Positions 1 through 10,265 are shown, counted from the stretch's first letter. The stretch: DNA of 64,000 bases from Bacteroidales bacterium UBA1715 (GCA_002317135.1 DCIX01000010.1:1637-65636), one strand, 5' to 3'. Numbers and translations: made by a program. The notes: generated by a model not told the origin, from the sequence alone.

Positions 1-523
1 CGCTCATCGGTTTACCTACAATATTGCTTCGACCAATTACAACACAATGTTTACCAGCTGTTTCAATATTATAGAATTTCAACAATTCCAAAATACCAGC
101 AGGAGTTGCCGATTTGAAACATGGAAGACCTATCATCATTTTTCCCACATTCATAGGATGGAAACCATCAACGTCCTTCGTTGGATCGATTGCTTCAATA
201 ACTTTTTGTGAGTCAATATGTTTTGGCAATGGCAATTGCACAATAAAACCATCAATGTCAGGGTCATTATTGAATTCCTGCACAGTTTGCAACAAAGTTT
301 CTTCAGAAATATTTTCATCAAATGTCTTCAATGTTGATGTAAATCCACATTGTTCACACGATTTAACTTTGTTGTTTACATAGGTAACACTACCACCATC
401 ATTACCTACAAGAATTGCAGCCAAGTGCGGAACTTTCTCGCCTCTTGCTTTTAATGCTTCAACTTCCTTAGCGATATTTTGTTTAATTGATTCGCTAACT
501 TTTTTACCGTCTATTAATTCCAT
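1..523 (-). CDS. folD: Bifunctional methylenetetrahydrofolate dehydrogenase/cyclohydrolase FolD, N-terminal ~174 codons (3' end runs off the window)
   Basis: My own reverse-complement translation from CAT at 521-523 gives [44 protein letters not shown]..., and the frame stays open to position 1. This fits the typical FolD N-terminus. It is absent from the ORF track because there is no stop in the window. Confidence 0.85.
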   Translation of the reverse strand, partial: MELIDGKKVSESIKQNIAKEVEALKARGEKVPHLAAILVGNDGGSVTYVNNKVKSCEQCGFTSTLKTFDENISEETLLQTVQEFNNDPDIDGFIVQLPLPKHIDSQKVIEAIDPTKDVDGFHPMNVGKMMIGLPCFKSATPAGILELLKFYNIETAGKHCVVIGRSNIVGKPMS

Positions 524-566
524 AATATCTTATGATTATTTTACAAAATAGTTTTTTAACAAAGTA

Positions 567-1307
567 TCATTTGAATAATTCTGCAGGATTTATTTTAAAT
601 TGTAACATTTTTGCAGTATCACGACCACCATCTCCACCTTTTCGTTGCATTGTAATACGACCTATTTTAAAATTTCCTTTTTTAGTTATCTCAACATCTC
701 CTTGAGCAAAAAAATTCATACAATAATTCATTGGTTTTAAAACCCATCGAGAATCCTTATCTATCTTCTGTGCTACAAGCATCCATTCTGCAGCTAATTT
801 CCCACGTCCCTTTAAAATATCTGAAACAATAAACCCTTTATTATCAGTCAACCATGTAATGATTATTTTTTGATCTACTTTCCTGAATTCATCAGCAAAC
901 ATTCTTCGTTCATCTCTTGGATTTTTAATTGTAGGCAATATTTCTCCAGTATATTTTTTAAGGATAGTAACAACTTTTTCTGGCAAATTCCACATCTCAG
1001 CATAAGTATCAACTCGGCGTTTATCAATTTGATTAAAACCTTGCATATTACTCACCAATTTTACCTGTAAATTTTCAACATCTAACCCCTTCTTAAGCTT
1101 TATAGACACTTGTACTTGAACATCTGTTTTATACCCAGAAAGTTTTTCTGCTTTCACATATTCAATTTCGTCCAAAGAATATCTCATTATGCTTAACCAA
1201 TTTTTCGCATCAGAATCCTTTCGCCAATTGTTAAACTTTTTTACAACATCATCCTCGTTTTTGAATCCGTTTTTTGCTGTTTGAGATCCTTTATCTACTA
1301 AATTCAT
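567..1307 (-). CDS. Type II restriction endonuclease, HinP1I-like (predicted GCGC)
   Basis: 246 aa. SGYKTD-(18 aa)-QVK fits the SDX18QXK variant of the PD-(D/E)XK site described for R.HinP1I, which is of similar size. The start codon (1305-1307) directly abuts the stop of the adjacent C5-methyltransferase gene. Confidence 0.75.
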   Translation of the reverse strand: MNLVDKGSQTAKNGFKNEDDVVKKFNNWRKDSDAKNWLSIMRYSLDEIEYVKAEKLSGYKTDVQVQVSIKLKKGLDVENLQVKLVSNMQGFNQIDKRRVDTYAEMWNLPEKVVTILKKYTGEILPTIKNPRDERRMFADEFRKVDQKIIITWLTDNKGFIVSDILKGRGKLAAEWMLVAQKIDKDSRWVLKPMNYCMNFFAQGDVEITKKGNFKIGRITMQRKGGDGGRDTAKMLQFKINPAELFK

Positions 1308-2291
1308 TTATAACACTTTTGAAAATTCAACTGAAACTTCTTGCAACACATTAATGGAAACACTATTTCCAAACTGTTTATATGCCTGATTTTTATTTAC
1401 ATCCATCTTAAATGACTCAGGGAAACCCTGTACTCGTGCACACTCACGAGGAGAAAGTTTTCTTACCTTCCCATCTATCAAATATAGTCCTGTTTTTGAG
1501 CCAACTCCTCCACCATAGGCCGATAAAGTTATTGCATGTCCTAAAGGATGATATATTCGTTCTCCTTGTCCACCCTTATTTACCTTTCCAATCTGAACTG
1601 GCTTATTTGGTATTATTTCTCCAAATAAGGTTTTTGTACATGCAAAATCCTTTTCTATAACAATATCATCCCGTTCAATAACTTTTGCATCACATTGTTT
1701 TTCAAGAATATCAGAAAGTTTAGAGAAAAGATTCCCTGTAGGAAATTTAAAATGCTCTGCTTTTGAAATATCACCTCTAAATGCAACAATATAGATTCTT
1801 TCTCTATGCTGTGGTAATCCAAAATTACTTGAATTCATAACTTTGTAAAAAACACGATATCCTAAATTCTCCAACTTTGACTGAATAACTTTAAAAGTTT
1901 TTCCACCATCGTGTTTTAAGAGATTTTTTACATTTTCAAGAAAAAGAACCTTAGGTTTATGATATGAAGCAATTCTCACAATATCAAAAAACAATGTTCC
2001 TCGAACATCATCGAATCCTTTTTGATTCCCAGAAATTGAAAATGCTTGACACGGAAAACCACCACATAAAATATCATGAGAAGGTATAGAAGACTCATCA
2101 ATTTTTGTTATATCTCCAGCTGGTACAATCCCAAAATTTTCAGAATACACCTTTTGAGCAGCTTTATCCCATTCTGAAGCAAAAACGCATTCTGCCCCTA
2201 ACGATGACAACGCATAGTGAAAGCCACCAATACCTGCAAACAAATCTATAAATGTAAAACCTTCTAATGTCTTTTCCTTAATATCAAGCAT
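1308..2291 (-). CDS. DNA (cytosine-5)-methyltransferase, M.HhaI/M.HinP1I-like
   Basis: 327 aa. Motif I FIDLFAGIGG, motif IV GFPCQAFS, ENVKNL, QHRERIYIV, TRD strings KGGQGERIY and TLSAYGGG, motif X QFGNSVSINV. Confidence 0.9.
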   Translation of the reverse strand: MLDIKEKTLEGFTFIDLFAGIGGFHYALSSLGAECVFASEWDKAAQKVYSENFGIVPAGDITKIDESSIPSHDILCGGFPCQAFSISGNQKGFDDVRGTLFFDIVRIASYHKPKVLFLENVKNLLKHDGGKTFKVIQSKLENLGYRVFYKVMNSSNFGLPQHRERIYIVAFRGDISKAEHFKFPTGNLFSKLSDILEKQCDAKVIERDDIVIEKDFACTKTLFGEIIPNKPVQIGKVNKGGQGERIYHPLGHAITLSAYGGGVGSKTGLYLIDGKVRKLSPRECARVQGFPESFKMDVNKNQAYKQFGNSVSINVLQEVSVEFSKVL

Positions 2292-2299
2292 ATATGGAT

Positions 2300-3631
2300 T
2301 TATCTCATATTTTGCATCATACTTTGCATCATTCTACCGCCTTTGGCGCCAGTAATCATTTTCATCATCTTCTTCGTTTCGTCGAATTGTTTGATAAGTT
2401 TGTTTACGTCCTGAATGGAAGTACCGCTACCCAACGCGATTCTCTTACGGCGAGAACCATTCAAAATAATTGGATTCGCACGTTCTTCTGGTGTCATTGA
2501 GCGAATGATTGCCTCAATACCTTTGAATGCATTGTCATCAATATCAACATTTTTCAAAGCTTTACCCATTCCAGGAATCATCGAAGCAAGGTCTTTCAAG
2601 TTACCCATCTTCTTAATTTGTTGGATTTGAGCAAGGAAGTCTTCGAAATTGAATTGATTCTTAGAAATCTTCTTTTGAAGTTTTTTAGCTTCTTCTTCGT
2701 CGTATTGTTCTTGTGCGCGTTCCACCAACGAAACGATATCACCCATACCCAAGATACGATCGGCCATACGTTCAGGATAGAAAATGTCGATTGCTTCGAG
2801 TTTTTCACCTGTACCGACAAATTTAATTGGCTTATTTACCACAGAACGGATAGAAAGCGCCGCACCACCACGAGTATCACCGTCAAGTTTAGTAAGAACT
2901 ACACCATCGAAATCCAATCTGTCGTTGAATTCTTTTGCTGTATTTACCGCATCTTGACCAGTCATCGAGTCAACAACGAACAAGATTTCTTGAGGATCAA
3001 TAGCGTTTTTGATGTTTGTGATTTCGGTCATCATTGCCTCATCAACAGCCAAACGACCGGCAGTATCGACAATCACAATATCTTGACCATTTTGTTTAGC
3101 TTGGCGAATAGCAGCTTGCGCAATATCAACCGGATTACTGCTTGACAAGTCAGCATATACTGGAACACCGATTTGTTCACCAAGAACCTGCAGCTGGTTG
3201 ATTGCAGCAGGACGATACACGTCACAGGCAACCAAAAGAGGGTGACGACCTTGTTTAGTTTTAAGCATATTTGCCAATTTACCCGACATGGTTGTCTTAC
3301 CAGAACCTTGCAAACCCGACATTAAAATTACAGCAGGATTTCCCTTAATGTTGATGTCCGTTTTTTGTCCGCCCATCAATGCAGTCAACTCATCGTGAAC
3401 GATTTTCGTCATCATTTCACCTGGCTTCACTGCTGTCAACACGTTTTGACCAAGTGCTTTTTGTTTTACGTCTTCGGTGAATTGCTTAGCAATTTTATAG
3501 TTAACATCGGCATCAAGCAATGCACGACGTACGTCTTTCAATGTTTCAGCAACATTGATTTCCGTGATTTTTCCTTGTCCTTTTAAGAGTTTGAACGACT
3601 TCTCTAATCGTTCCGATAGGTTCTCAAACAT
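2300..3631 (-). CDS. ffh: Signal recognition particle protein Ffh
   Basis: 443 aa. SRP54 GTPase motifs GLQGSGKTT, DTAGR, TKLDGD, and a Met-rich C-terminal M domain (MMKMITGAKGGRMMQSMMQNM). Confidence 0.95.
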   Translation of the reverse strand: MFENLSERLEKSFKLLKGQGKITEINVAETLKDVRRALLDADVNYKIAKQFTEDVKQKALGQNVLTAVKPGEMMTKIVHDELTALMGGQKTDINIKGNPAVILMSGLQGSGKTTMSGKLANMLKTKQGRHPLLVACDVYRPAAINQLQVLGEQIGVPVYADLSSSNPVDIAQAAIRQAKQNGQDIVIVDTAGRLAVDEAMMTEITNIKNAIDPQEILFVVDSMTGQDAVNTAKEFNDRLDFDGVVLTKLDGDTRGGAALSIRSVVNKPIKFVGTGEKLEAIDIFYPERMADRILGMGDIVSLVERAQEQYDEEEAKKLQKKISKNQFNFEDFLAQIQQIKKMGNLKDLASMIPGMGKALKNVDIDDNAFKGIEAIIRSMTPEERANPIILNGSRRKRIALGSGTSIQDVNKLIKQFDETKKMMKMITGAKGGRMMQSMMQNMR

Positions 3632-3656
3632 AACAGTGTATCTAATTCAGTCTTTG

Positions 3657-3664
3657 CAAAGATA
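3657..3664 (-). promoter_or_regulatory. Candidate Bacteroidota -7 promoter box (TATCTTTG on the minus strand) for ffh
   Basis: Matches TAnnTTTG and lies 25 nt upstream of the ffh ATG. It is immediately preceded, in the direction of transcription, by the heptamer array. Confidence 0.5.
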
Positions 3665-3702
3665 ATGATAATTGATAATTGACAATTGATAATTGACAAT
3701 TA
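3661..3702. repeat. Heptamer array, 6 units of A(T/C)AATTG (partial copy of the composite intergenic element)
   Basis: Read directly: GATAATG ATAATTG ATAATTG ACAATTG ATAATTG ACAATTA. Confidence 0.85.
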
Positions 3703-3711
3703 TCGGTATGA

Positions 3712-4701
3712 TTACAACAGTGATTCTGCTAAACTTGTATTGCTCAATCTTTCACGGATTGCTTCAATTGAAGATGATGTTTGTATAATTTCGTCGAATT
3801 TATTCCATCGAACAGCGGATAAAAGGGAATCTTCGACCCAATACAAGAACCGTGTTTGTGGGAATTTTCGTTCGTACTTTTTTGTGCACACATATAGTGG
3901 CAGACCATCGGAAACATCGTGCCACAAGTCAACAAACGCATAATCAAAATCATGCGAATCCATTTTGTCGAGATATGCAAAAGCATCGGATTGAACTATG
4001 TTGATTTTATTCTTTTCCGAAAATTGTGGGAAAATAAAATCCTTATACAATCGTATAACATTTTCGTCACGCTCCACAATTGTGATAGATTCTACCGTAT
4101 TTTTTAGCGAAACCATATACGGGAAATATCCCAAACCAAGGCCAAAAACAACAACCTTCCCTGAGACCTTCTCAATAGCACATTTCATTGTTTCAATTTC
4201 GCTCGGCTTTATTGCCATCCACTCGCGACCATTTTCGTGAACCGCAGGGAAAGAAAATTCCTCATTAAAAAAACCAATCTGTGGAATTTCGCGAAAGTCA
4301 TTCTTCAAAACAATATCGTTCCAAACAAATGCTTCGTATGGCTTATACGTTGTGTGAGTAAAGTTCCACGAACGAATTGTGAGCTCTGGAATACAAATGT
4401 TTTTGTAATACGGATTGTTCTTGTATTCTTCTGGATAACATTGTTTTACAGCCGGTCGTACATATTCATCATTCAAAATCCTATCGTCCTGACTTTCTTC
4501 TGGATTTAGGTTGAAAAAGCCTGCAAGAAGTGCGGAATACAACATTTCGTCTGGAAGTATGCCGTCCTCGTTCATTTCTTGCATAATTTCCTTAGAAATT
4601 GCACGAGGATTATCGGTAAGATAATTGCTTACCAACCACAAAAAAGTATTATTCCTCTGACGGATATTTTGTAATGTCTGTATAGCAACAGTATCCATCA
4701 C
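3712..4701 (-). CDS. Hypothetical protein with a C-terminal class I SAM-methyltransferase / spermidine-synthase-like fold
   Basis: 329 aa. VVVFGLGLGY (GxGxG motif I), then IVERDENV (acidic motif II), then QSDAFAYL. The N-terminal ~170 aa are unrecognised. Confidence 0.45.
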   Translation of the reverse strand: MMDTVAIQTLQNIRQRNNTFLWLVSNYLTDNPRAISKEIMQEMNEDGILPDEMLYSALLAGFFNLNPEESQDDRILNDEYVRPAVKQCYPEEYKNNPYYKNICIPELTIRSWNFTHTTYKPYEAFVWNDIVLKNDFREIPQIGFFNEEFSFPAVHENGREWMAIKPSEIETMKCAIEKVSGKVVVFGLGLGYFPYMVSLKNTVESITIVERDENVIRLYKDFIFPQFSEKNKINIVQSDAFAYLDKMDSHDFDYAFVDLWHDVSDGLPLYVCTKKYERKFPQTRFLYWVEDSLLSAVRWNKFDEIIQTSSSIEAIRERLSNTSLAESLL

Positions 4702-4714
4702 AATGACCTATAGG

Positions 4715-5740
4715 CTATTGTATATTTCGGACTTTTTTCTCCCAATTCCAAGCAGAATTTAGCACCTCGGCAAGCGGAGTTTTCGCTGTCCAACCAAGTT
4801 CTTTTTCTGCATACGAACTATCGGCCCAAACTTGTTCAATATCGCCAGCACGACGACCAACAATTTTGTATGGAAGATTTACACCAGTCGCTTCCATAAA
4901 TGTGTTCACCAATTCAAGAACCGAAACGCCACTGCCAGTACCAAGATTAAAGATTTCGCAGTCAGATTTATTAGAACCAGAAAGCAATCGTTGCATAGCC
5001 TTTACATGTGCCTTTGCCAAATCAACTACATAAATATAGTCACGAATTGCAGAACCATCAGGCGTATTGTAGTCATCGCCAAATACCGACAATTCTTTTC
5101 GTAAACCAGCAGCAGTTTGTGTGATATATGGAACCAAATTATTTGGAACGCCTTTCGGTAATTCACCAATCATAGCAGATGGATGAGCACCAATAGGATT
5201 GAAATAACGCAATAAAATAGCGTTGAAATCATGATATGAAATTATCGCGTCGCGAATGATATCCTCACACATTTGCTTTGTATTTCCGTATGGAGACGTT
5301 GCCGTTTGACGAGGAGCTGTTTCATCTATAGGCAATTGTTCTGCCTGTCCATACACAGTACAAGAAGAAGAGAAAATAATATGTTTTATATCGTTCTTTC
5401 TCATAAGTGTAAGAAGCTGTATCAAGCCATACACATTATTACGATAATAGTCTAGGGATTTTTCTACCGACTCTCCGACTGCCTTTGAAGCAGCAAAGTG
5501 AATAACGGCATCAATACCGTTATGTTTTGTTAGACATACTTGAAAAGCCTTGTCATCACAAATATCGAGTTGCTCGAAATGTGGACGAATGCCCGTAATT
5601 GCCTCGATTCCATCTAAAACCTTTATTTCTGAATTAGATAGATTATCAACTATAACAACCTCATAACCATTCTGTTGCAATTCAACAACTGTATGAGAAC
5701 CAATGTAACCTAAACCTCCTGTAACTAAAATTTTTGCCAT
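4715..5740 (-). CDS. galE: UDP-glucose 4-epimerase
   Basis: MAKILVTGGLGYIGSH Rossmann motif and SPYGNTK (YxxxK). The start is taken at the internal ATG (CAT 5738-5740) rather than the ORF-track start at 5764. Confidence 0.9.
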   Translation of the reverse strand: MAKILVTGGLGYIGSHTVVELQQNGYEVVIVDNLSNSEIKVLDGIEAITGIRPHFEQLDICDDKAFQVCLTKHNGIDAVIHFAASKAVGESVEKSLDYYRNNVYGLIQLLTLMRKNDIKHIIFSSSCTVYGQAEQLPIDETAPRQTATSPYGNTKQMCEDIIRDAIISYHDFNAILLRYFNPIGAHPSAMIGELPKGVPNNLVPYITQTAAGLRKELSVFGDDYNTPDGSAIRDYIYVVDLAKAHVKAMQRLLSGSNKSDCEIFNLGTGSGVSVLELVNTFMEATGVNLPYKIVGRRAGDIEQVWADSSYAEKELGWTAKTPLAEVLNSAWNWEKKVRNIQ

Positions 5741-5747
5741 ATATCTT

Positions 5748-6326
5748 CTATTTTTTCCATTCAAACGAACTAATCAATTCTATTATATCGTCGCGCACAA
5801 ATTGTATAACGGGTGCAAGTGAATCTTTATTGGGAGTTACATTAAAATATAATGCTCCGCGTACAAAGTTCTTTGTACTGTCGGTAATACAGAACTGCAT
5901 TACCGATGCTGCGTCTCCTTTTATATCGAACAATAATCCGTGAACATTCTTCTCATCATAATGAAACTCTTGGGCATTTATTGCATCTGCACGTACTTCG
6001 TGCTTAAAAGCAAGCAAATGAGCATCTTCAACAGCAGCATCAAGATTATTTGATAACTTTCTATAACTAATATGAACCGTCGCATTCATTGTAGGATATT
6101 CCACATTCACCCAATATGGTTCCGCATCCTTATCGGTATCTTTTACCACATTCGAATACTTTGGAGTTGCGAATGAATAAGGAAAATCAGACTCATTAAA
6201 TTGAGTGTACGAATGTTCTGGCAAATCTATACGGAAATAGCCTCGTTGCTTCGGAACCTTGATTTCGCGTTCCTCACATGCCTGAAAAAGGCAACATACT
6301 AGAATAAATAGGACTAATCGTTTCAT
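5748..6326 (-). CDS. gldD: Gliding-motility lipoprotein GldD family
   Basis: Signal peptide with lipobox (LFQAC), then PKQRGYFRIDLP..., YPTMNATVHISY, QFCITDS, GALYFNVTPNKDSLAPV, and a C-terminal FEWKK, which matches the GldD pattern. Adjacency to ssb is as in Flavobacterium. Start taken at CAT 6324-6326. Confidence 0.75.
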   Translation of the reverse strand: MKRLVLFILVCCLFQACEEREIKVPKQRGYFRIDLPEHSYTQFNESDFPYSFATPKYSNVVKDTDKDAEPYWVNVEYPTMNATVHISYRKLSNNLDAAVEDAHLLAFKHEVRADAINAQEFHYDEKNVHGLLFDIKGDAASVMQFCITDSTKNFVRGALYFNVTPNKDSLAPVIQFVRDDIIELISSFEWKK

Positions 6327-6430
6327 AATGTAAAGGTATGAAATAAATCGCATACACTTACTTAAAAGAATAAAAAAGCGTGACATTGCCACGCTTTTAC
6401 CATAACACACAAACTATTTTTGTCTAATAA

Positions 6431-6919
6431 CTAAAATGGAAGATCTTCCTCCGTATCACCCTGACTCATATACGTGTTCTGAGCCTCGGCAACAATTTCT
6501 TCGGCAGTCTGCTGACGAACGGGAGCAACTGATTGCGGTTGCATAGTAGTTTGAGATTGTTGCTGATCAAGAATACCATTGCTGTCAGTTCTACGACCCA
6601 ATTTGCGAAGTTCATCAACAATAATCTCTGTAGAATAACGTGTTTCATTATTCTTATCTTGATACTGCGAATAATGCAAACGTCCCTCAACATACAATTG
6701 GTCACCTTTTTTGATATACAATTCTGCGAACTTCGCTGAATGTCCCCAAACAGTCAAACGATGCCATTCTGTTCTTTCAGGAACCTCTGTCCCATCTTGA
6801 CGTTTAAAACCTCTTTCTGTTGTTGCAAGACGAATGTTTGCAACAGGCTGGTCTTCCTTAATGTAACGAACTTCAGGATCGGCTCCAGCATTTCCAATTA
6901 AAATTACTTTGTTAATCAT
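6431..6919 (-). CDS. ssb: Single-stranded DNA-binding protein
   Basis: N-terminal OB fold (MINKVILIGNAGADPEVRY), a Q-rich linker and an acidic tail EEDLPF. Confidence 0.95.
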   Translation of the reverse strand: MINKVILIGNAGADPEVRYIKEDQPVANIRLATTERGFKRQDGTEVPERTEWHRLTVWGHSAKFAELYIKKGDQLYVEGRLHYSQYQDKNNETRYSTEIIVDELRKLGRRTDSNGILDQQQSQTTMQPQSVAPVRQQTAEEIVAEAQNTYMSQGDTEEDLPF

Positions 6920-7025
6920 GATATGTATTGGTTAAATTTCTATGGTAAAATTATACCATCAATCTTAATTACGCAAGTACAATTTTTGACTTTTTTCATT
7001 AGTATTTATAGATAAATCATACTAA

Positions 7026-8453
7026 TTATTGAATCAACTGTTCGCGGTTCGCATCAAGCTTCACAAAAATGAACAATAAGATAGTAAAACCCCATAACGA
7101 AGAACCTCCATAACTAAAAAATGGAAGTGGAATACCAATTACTGGCATAAGACCAATTGTCATTCCTATATTTACTGCGATATGGAAAAATAACACACTC
7201 GCAACGCAATAGCCATAAATTCTACTAAACTTGGTTCGTTGCCGTTCCGCATCACGCATAATTCGACAAATCAGATACACAAATAAGGCAATTACTATCA
7301 CGGAACCAACAAATCCCCATTCTTCACCAATCGTACAGAAAATAAAGTCGGTACTTTGTTCTGGCACAAAGTCATTCTTTGTTTGTGTTCCATCCAAAAA
7401 GCCCTTGCCAAACCAGTCACCAGAACCAATGGCAATCTTTGATTGTATCACATTAAATTCACTTCCTCTTGGATCCGACTCCAAACCAAAAAACACATTG
7501 ATACGTTTTTGTTGGTGAGCTTCCAAAATATGAGAAAATACATAATCTACCGATTGGGAAATAGCAACCGAACCAAAGGCAATACCAAACAATACCATTA
7601 GCATGGCCACCTTTTTCTTATATGTATATACTGCAAGTGGAATTATTGTTAGTATAAATCCTGCAAAAAGCAGACTGATATATTTCTCTTCCATTATTAT
7701 GTAACACACCAATGGAAGTAGAAAAGCAGCAAGAACCAACAACAATGTAGTCAATGGTAATTTATGTTTTTTTTGCGTACCGTAAATCACAAATGCAATA
7801 AGACAACCTATAATAGAAAGTATTGAGATTATTTCTGCACCCCAAATAATTGACAGAGAAAAAATTAGAACTGCTCCAACACCAAACAATATAATAAAAA
7901 ATGGCATGCCTTCTCTATAGAACACAAGAAATAATGATGCGAACACCAAGGCAGAACCTGCATCACCTTGCATAACAATTAACAAGGCAGGAATCAAAAC
8001 AATAATACCTATTCGAAATATACCGCTTCTTTTCACAATGCTGACTCCGTGTTGTCCTAGGTTTTTAGCCACCATCAAACAAGTTGCAAGTTTCGCGAAT
8101 TCCGAGGGTTGGAATCGAAATGGACCTATTTCTATCCATGAGCGTGCTCCCTTAATTTCGGGAGCAAACAAGTACACGCCTATCAAAGCCAGTAAGACAA
8201 GAACATAAAATATGTCGGCAAACGCATAATAGACACCACTGTCAATTATGAGTATAGACACAGCTAAAATAAAGGCAGCAATAATCCAGATTAACTGTTT
8301 TCCATACTTCTGATCAATATCCACAATTGATGCTGCTGTTTCGTCAAACACAGCAGAGTAGATGTTTATCCAGCCTGCAAACACAAGAAAGACATATATT
8401 AAAATTATATGCCAATCAATTTTCTGCAATATGTTACCAAACTGTTGTGCCAT
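7026..8453 (-). CDS. rodA: Rod shape-determining SEDS protein RodA (peptidoglycan glycosyltransferase)
   Basis: 475 aa polytopic membrane protein with a C-terminal PLPFFSYGGSS motif, directly downstream of the PBP2 gene. Confidence 0.9.
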   Translation of the reverse strand: MAQQFGNILQKIDWHIILIYVFLVFAGWINIYSAVFDETAASIVDIDQKYGKQLIWIIAAFILAVSILIIDSGVYYAFADIFYVLVLLALIGVYLFAPEIKGARSWIEIGPFRFQPSEFAKLATCLMVAKNLGQHGVSIVKRSGIFRIGIIVLIPALLIVMQGDAGSALVFASLFLVFYREGMPFFIILFGVGAVLIFSLSIIWGAEIISILSIIGCLIAFVIYGTQKKHKLPLTTLLLVLAAFLLPLVCYIIMEEKYISLLFAGFILTIIPLAVYTYKKKVAMLMVLFGIAFGSVAISQSVDYVFSHILEAHQQKRINVFFGLESDPRGSEFNVIQSKIAIGSGDWFGKGFLDGTQTKNDFVPEQSTDFIFCTIGEEWGFVGSVIVIALFVYLICRIMRDAERQRTKFSRIYGYCVASVLFFHIAVNIGMTIGLMPVIGIPLPFFSYGGSSLWGFTILLFIFVKLDANREQLIQ

Positions 8454-10264
8454 TACCGAGAATGTATGAAATCTTTTTCTAGAATTTGTTTTTCACGCCA
8501 TGTAGCCGTGATAGTATCTTTTAGGTATTTTTCTATCATTAAGCTAGCAATTGGCGCTGCCCATGTAGCACCAAAACCAGCATTTTCAACATACACAGAG
8601 ATTGCAATTTTAGGATCTTCGCGTGGAGCAAATGCCATGAAGATTGAGTGGTCAGCTCCATGAGGGTTTTGTGCCGTTCCTGTCTTTCCACACATCGCAA
8701 TATCCTTTAAGGCTACAAACCATGCCGTAGCACCTGGACCACCTTGCACAACCTGATACATACCTTCCTGAACAATGTCAAAAAATTTTGGATCAATTGA
8801 TGTTTGATGTTTTTGTATAAAACTTTTATCAAACACAGTATCGTCAATCTCTTGAACTACGTGAGGTGTATAATAATACCCTTTGTTCGCAATTGTCGCG
8901 GCAATATTTGCCATCTGCAATGGCGTCATAGAAATTTCACCTTGACCAATAGACAGAGAAACAATTGTCAATGATTTCCAACGATTTTTACCATACACTC
9001 TATCGTAGAATTCTGCTTTCGGAACAATACCCGGACGTTCGCTTGGCAAATCGACTCCTAAACGATCACCCAATCCAAAACTTAAAATATGTGAACGCCA
9101 TTTTAAGAAACCTTCACGAACAGAAGGGAATTTGTTGGCATCAAGTATTGCACGGAATTCGTTACAATAGTATGCGTTACACGACATTTTGATTGATTCC
9201 ACCAAATCTATCGGCGAAACGTGGTTGTGACAGCCCACATGCAAACCTCCAGAATTATACCCTGCCTGACAACCATACATAGTGTGACGATTGACAATAC
9301 CTTCTTGCAATCCAACAAGTGCATTCAACGTTTTAAATGTAGAACCTGGAGGGTATCTATCACCTTGAATAGGACGATTATATAACGGTTTGAGCGGATC
9401 GTTCACCAATCGTTTATAGTTCTCACCAACCAAACGACCAACCATAATATTGGGGTCGAAAGTCGGAGCCGAAACAATAGCCAAAATTCCTCCTGTTTTC
9501 GGGTCAATAGCAACAATACTTCCTTTCTTGTTCTGCATTAAGCGTTCTCCGTATTGTTGTAATTCAATGTCAAGAGTTGTAGTAATGTTCTTCCCAAGAA
9601 CTACATTCTTATCGTACTTACCATTTTCAAGAGAGCCTTTTACTCGACCTTTTACATCAACTTGGTAATATTTACCTCCTTTTACACCACGAAGATAGGA
9701 CTCATACGATTTTTCAATACCAATTTTGCCAATATAATCTCCTTGTTCATAGTAATTATTTGCTTCAATCTCATTCTTGTCAACCTCACTAATATATCCG
9801 AGAACCAACGCACCACAATGGTATGGATACTTACGCACAGTACGAGTCTGTACATAAAATCCAGGGAAGTTATATAATTGCTCTTGCAATCGGACATAGT
9901 TTTCTGCGCTAATTTGTTTTACTATAGGATACGGTTTATATCTATTCTGTTTTGCTTTCTTTAATTCAGACATAAACACGTCTTTATTCACATTTATAAG
10001 GGAAAGTAACGCTATTGTATCAAGATTTTTTATCTGGCCGGTAACAACCATTAAATCGTAGGCAACCTCATTGGTTACAATCAACTTACCATTTCTATCG
10101 TACACAAGTCCACGAGCAGGATGATGCACCTCAAATCGACGGCTATTGTTTTGAGCATCAAGTTTATACGTATCGTCCATCACTTGAATATAGAACAAGC
10201 GTCCAACATAAACAATAGCCAAAGCTATCACAATAAAGGTAAGAATAGACCGCCTATGCTCCAT
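8453..10264 (-). CDS. mrdA: Penicillin-binding protein 2 (elongasome transpeptidase)
   Basis: 603 aa with an N-terminal TM segment. Motifs STFK (PPGSTFKTL), SCN (KMSCNAYY), KTGTA (CGKTGTAQ). Confidence 0.92.
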   Translation of the reverse strand: MEHRRSILTFIVIALAIVYVGRLFYIQVMDDTYKLDAQNNSRRFEVHHPARGLVYDRNGKLIVTNEVAYDLMVVTGQIKNLDTIALLSLINVNKDVFMSELKKAKQNRYKPYPIVKQISAENYVRLQEQLYNFPGFYVQTRTVRKYPYHCGALVLGYISEVDKNEIEANNYYEQGDYIGKIGIEKSYESYLRGVKGGKYYQVDVKGRVKGSLENGKYDKNVVLGKNITTTLDIELQQYGERLMQNKKGSIVAIDPKTGGILAIVSAPTFDPNIMVGRLVGENYKRLVNDPLKPLYNRPIQGDRYPPGSTFKTLNALVGLQEGIVNRHTMYGCQAGYNSGGLHVGCHNHVSPIDLVESIKMSCNAYYCNEFRAILDANKFPSVREGFLKWRSHILSFGLGDRLGVDLPSERPGIVPKAEFYDRVYGKNRWKSLTIVSLSIGQGEISMTPLQMANIAATIANKGYYYTPHVVQEIDDTVFDKSFIQKHQTSIDPKFFDIVQEGMYQVVQGGPGATAWFVALKDIAMCGKTGTAQNPHGADHSIFMAFAPREDPKIAISVYVENAGFGATWAAPIASLMIEKYLKDTITATWREKQILEKDFIHSR

Positions 10265-10265
10265 A

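Noticed and set aside
3661-3702. Heptamer arrays as possible CRISPR or other spacer-containing arrays.
   Set aside because: The period is only 7 bp with no unique spacers, the arrays span at most 42 bp, and there are no cas genes.
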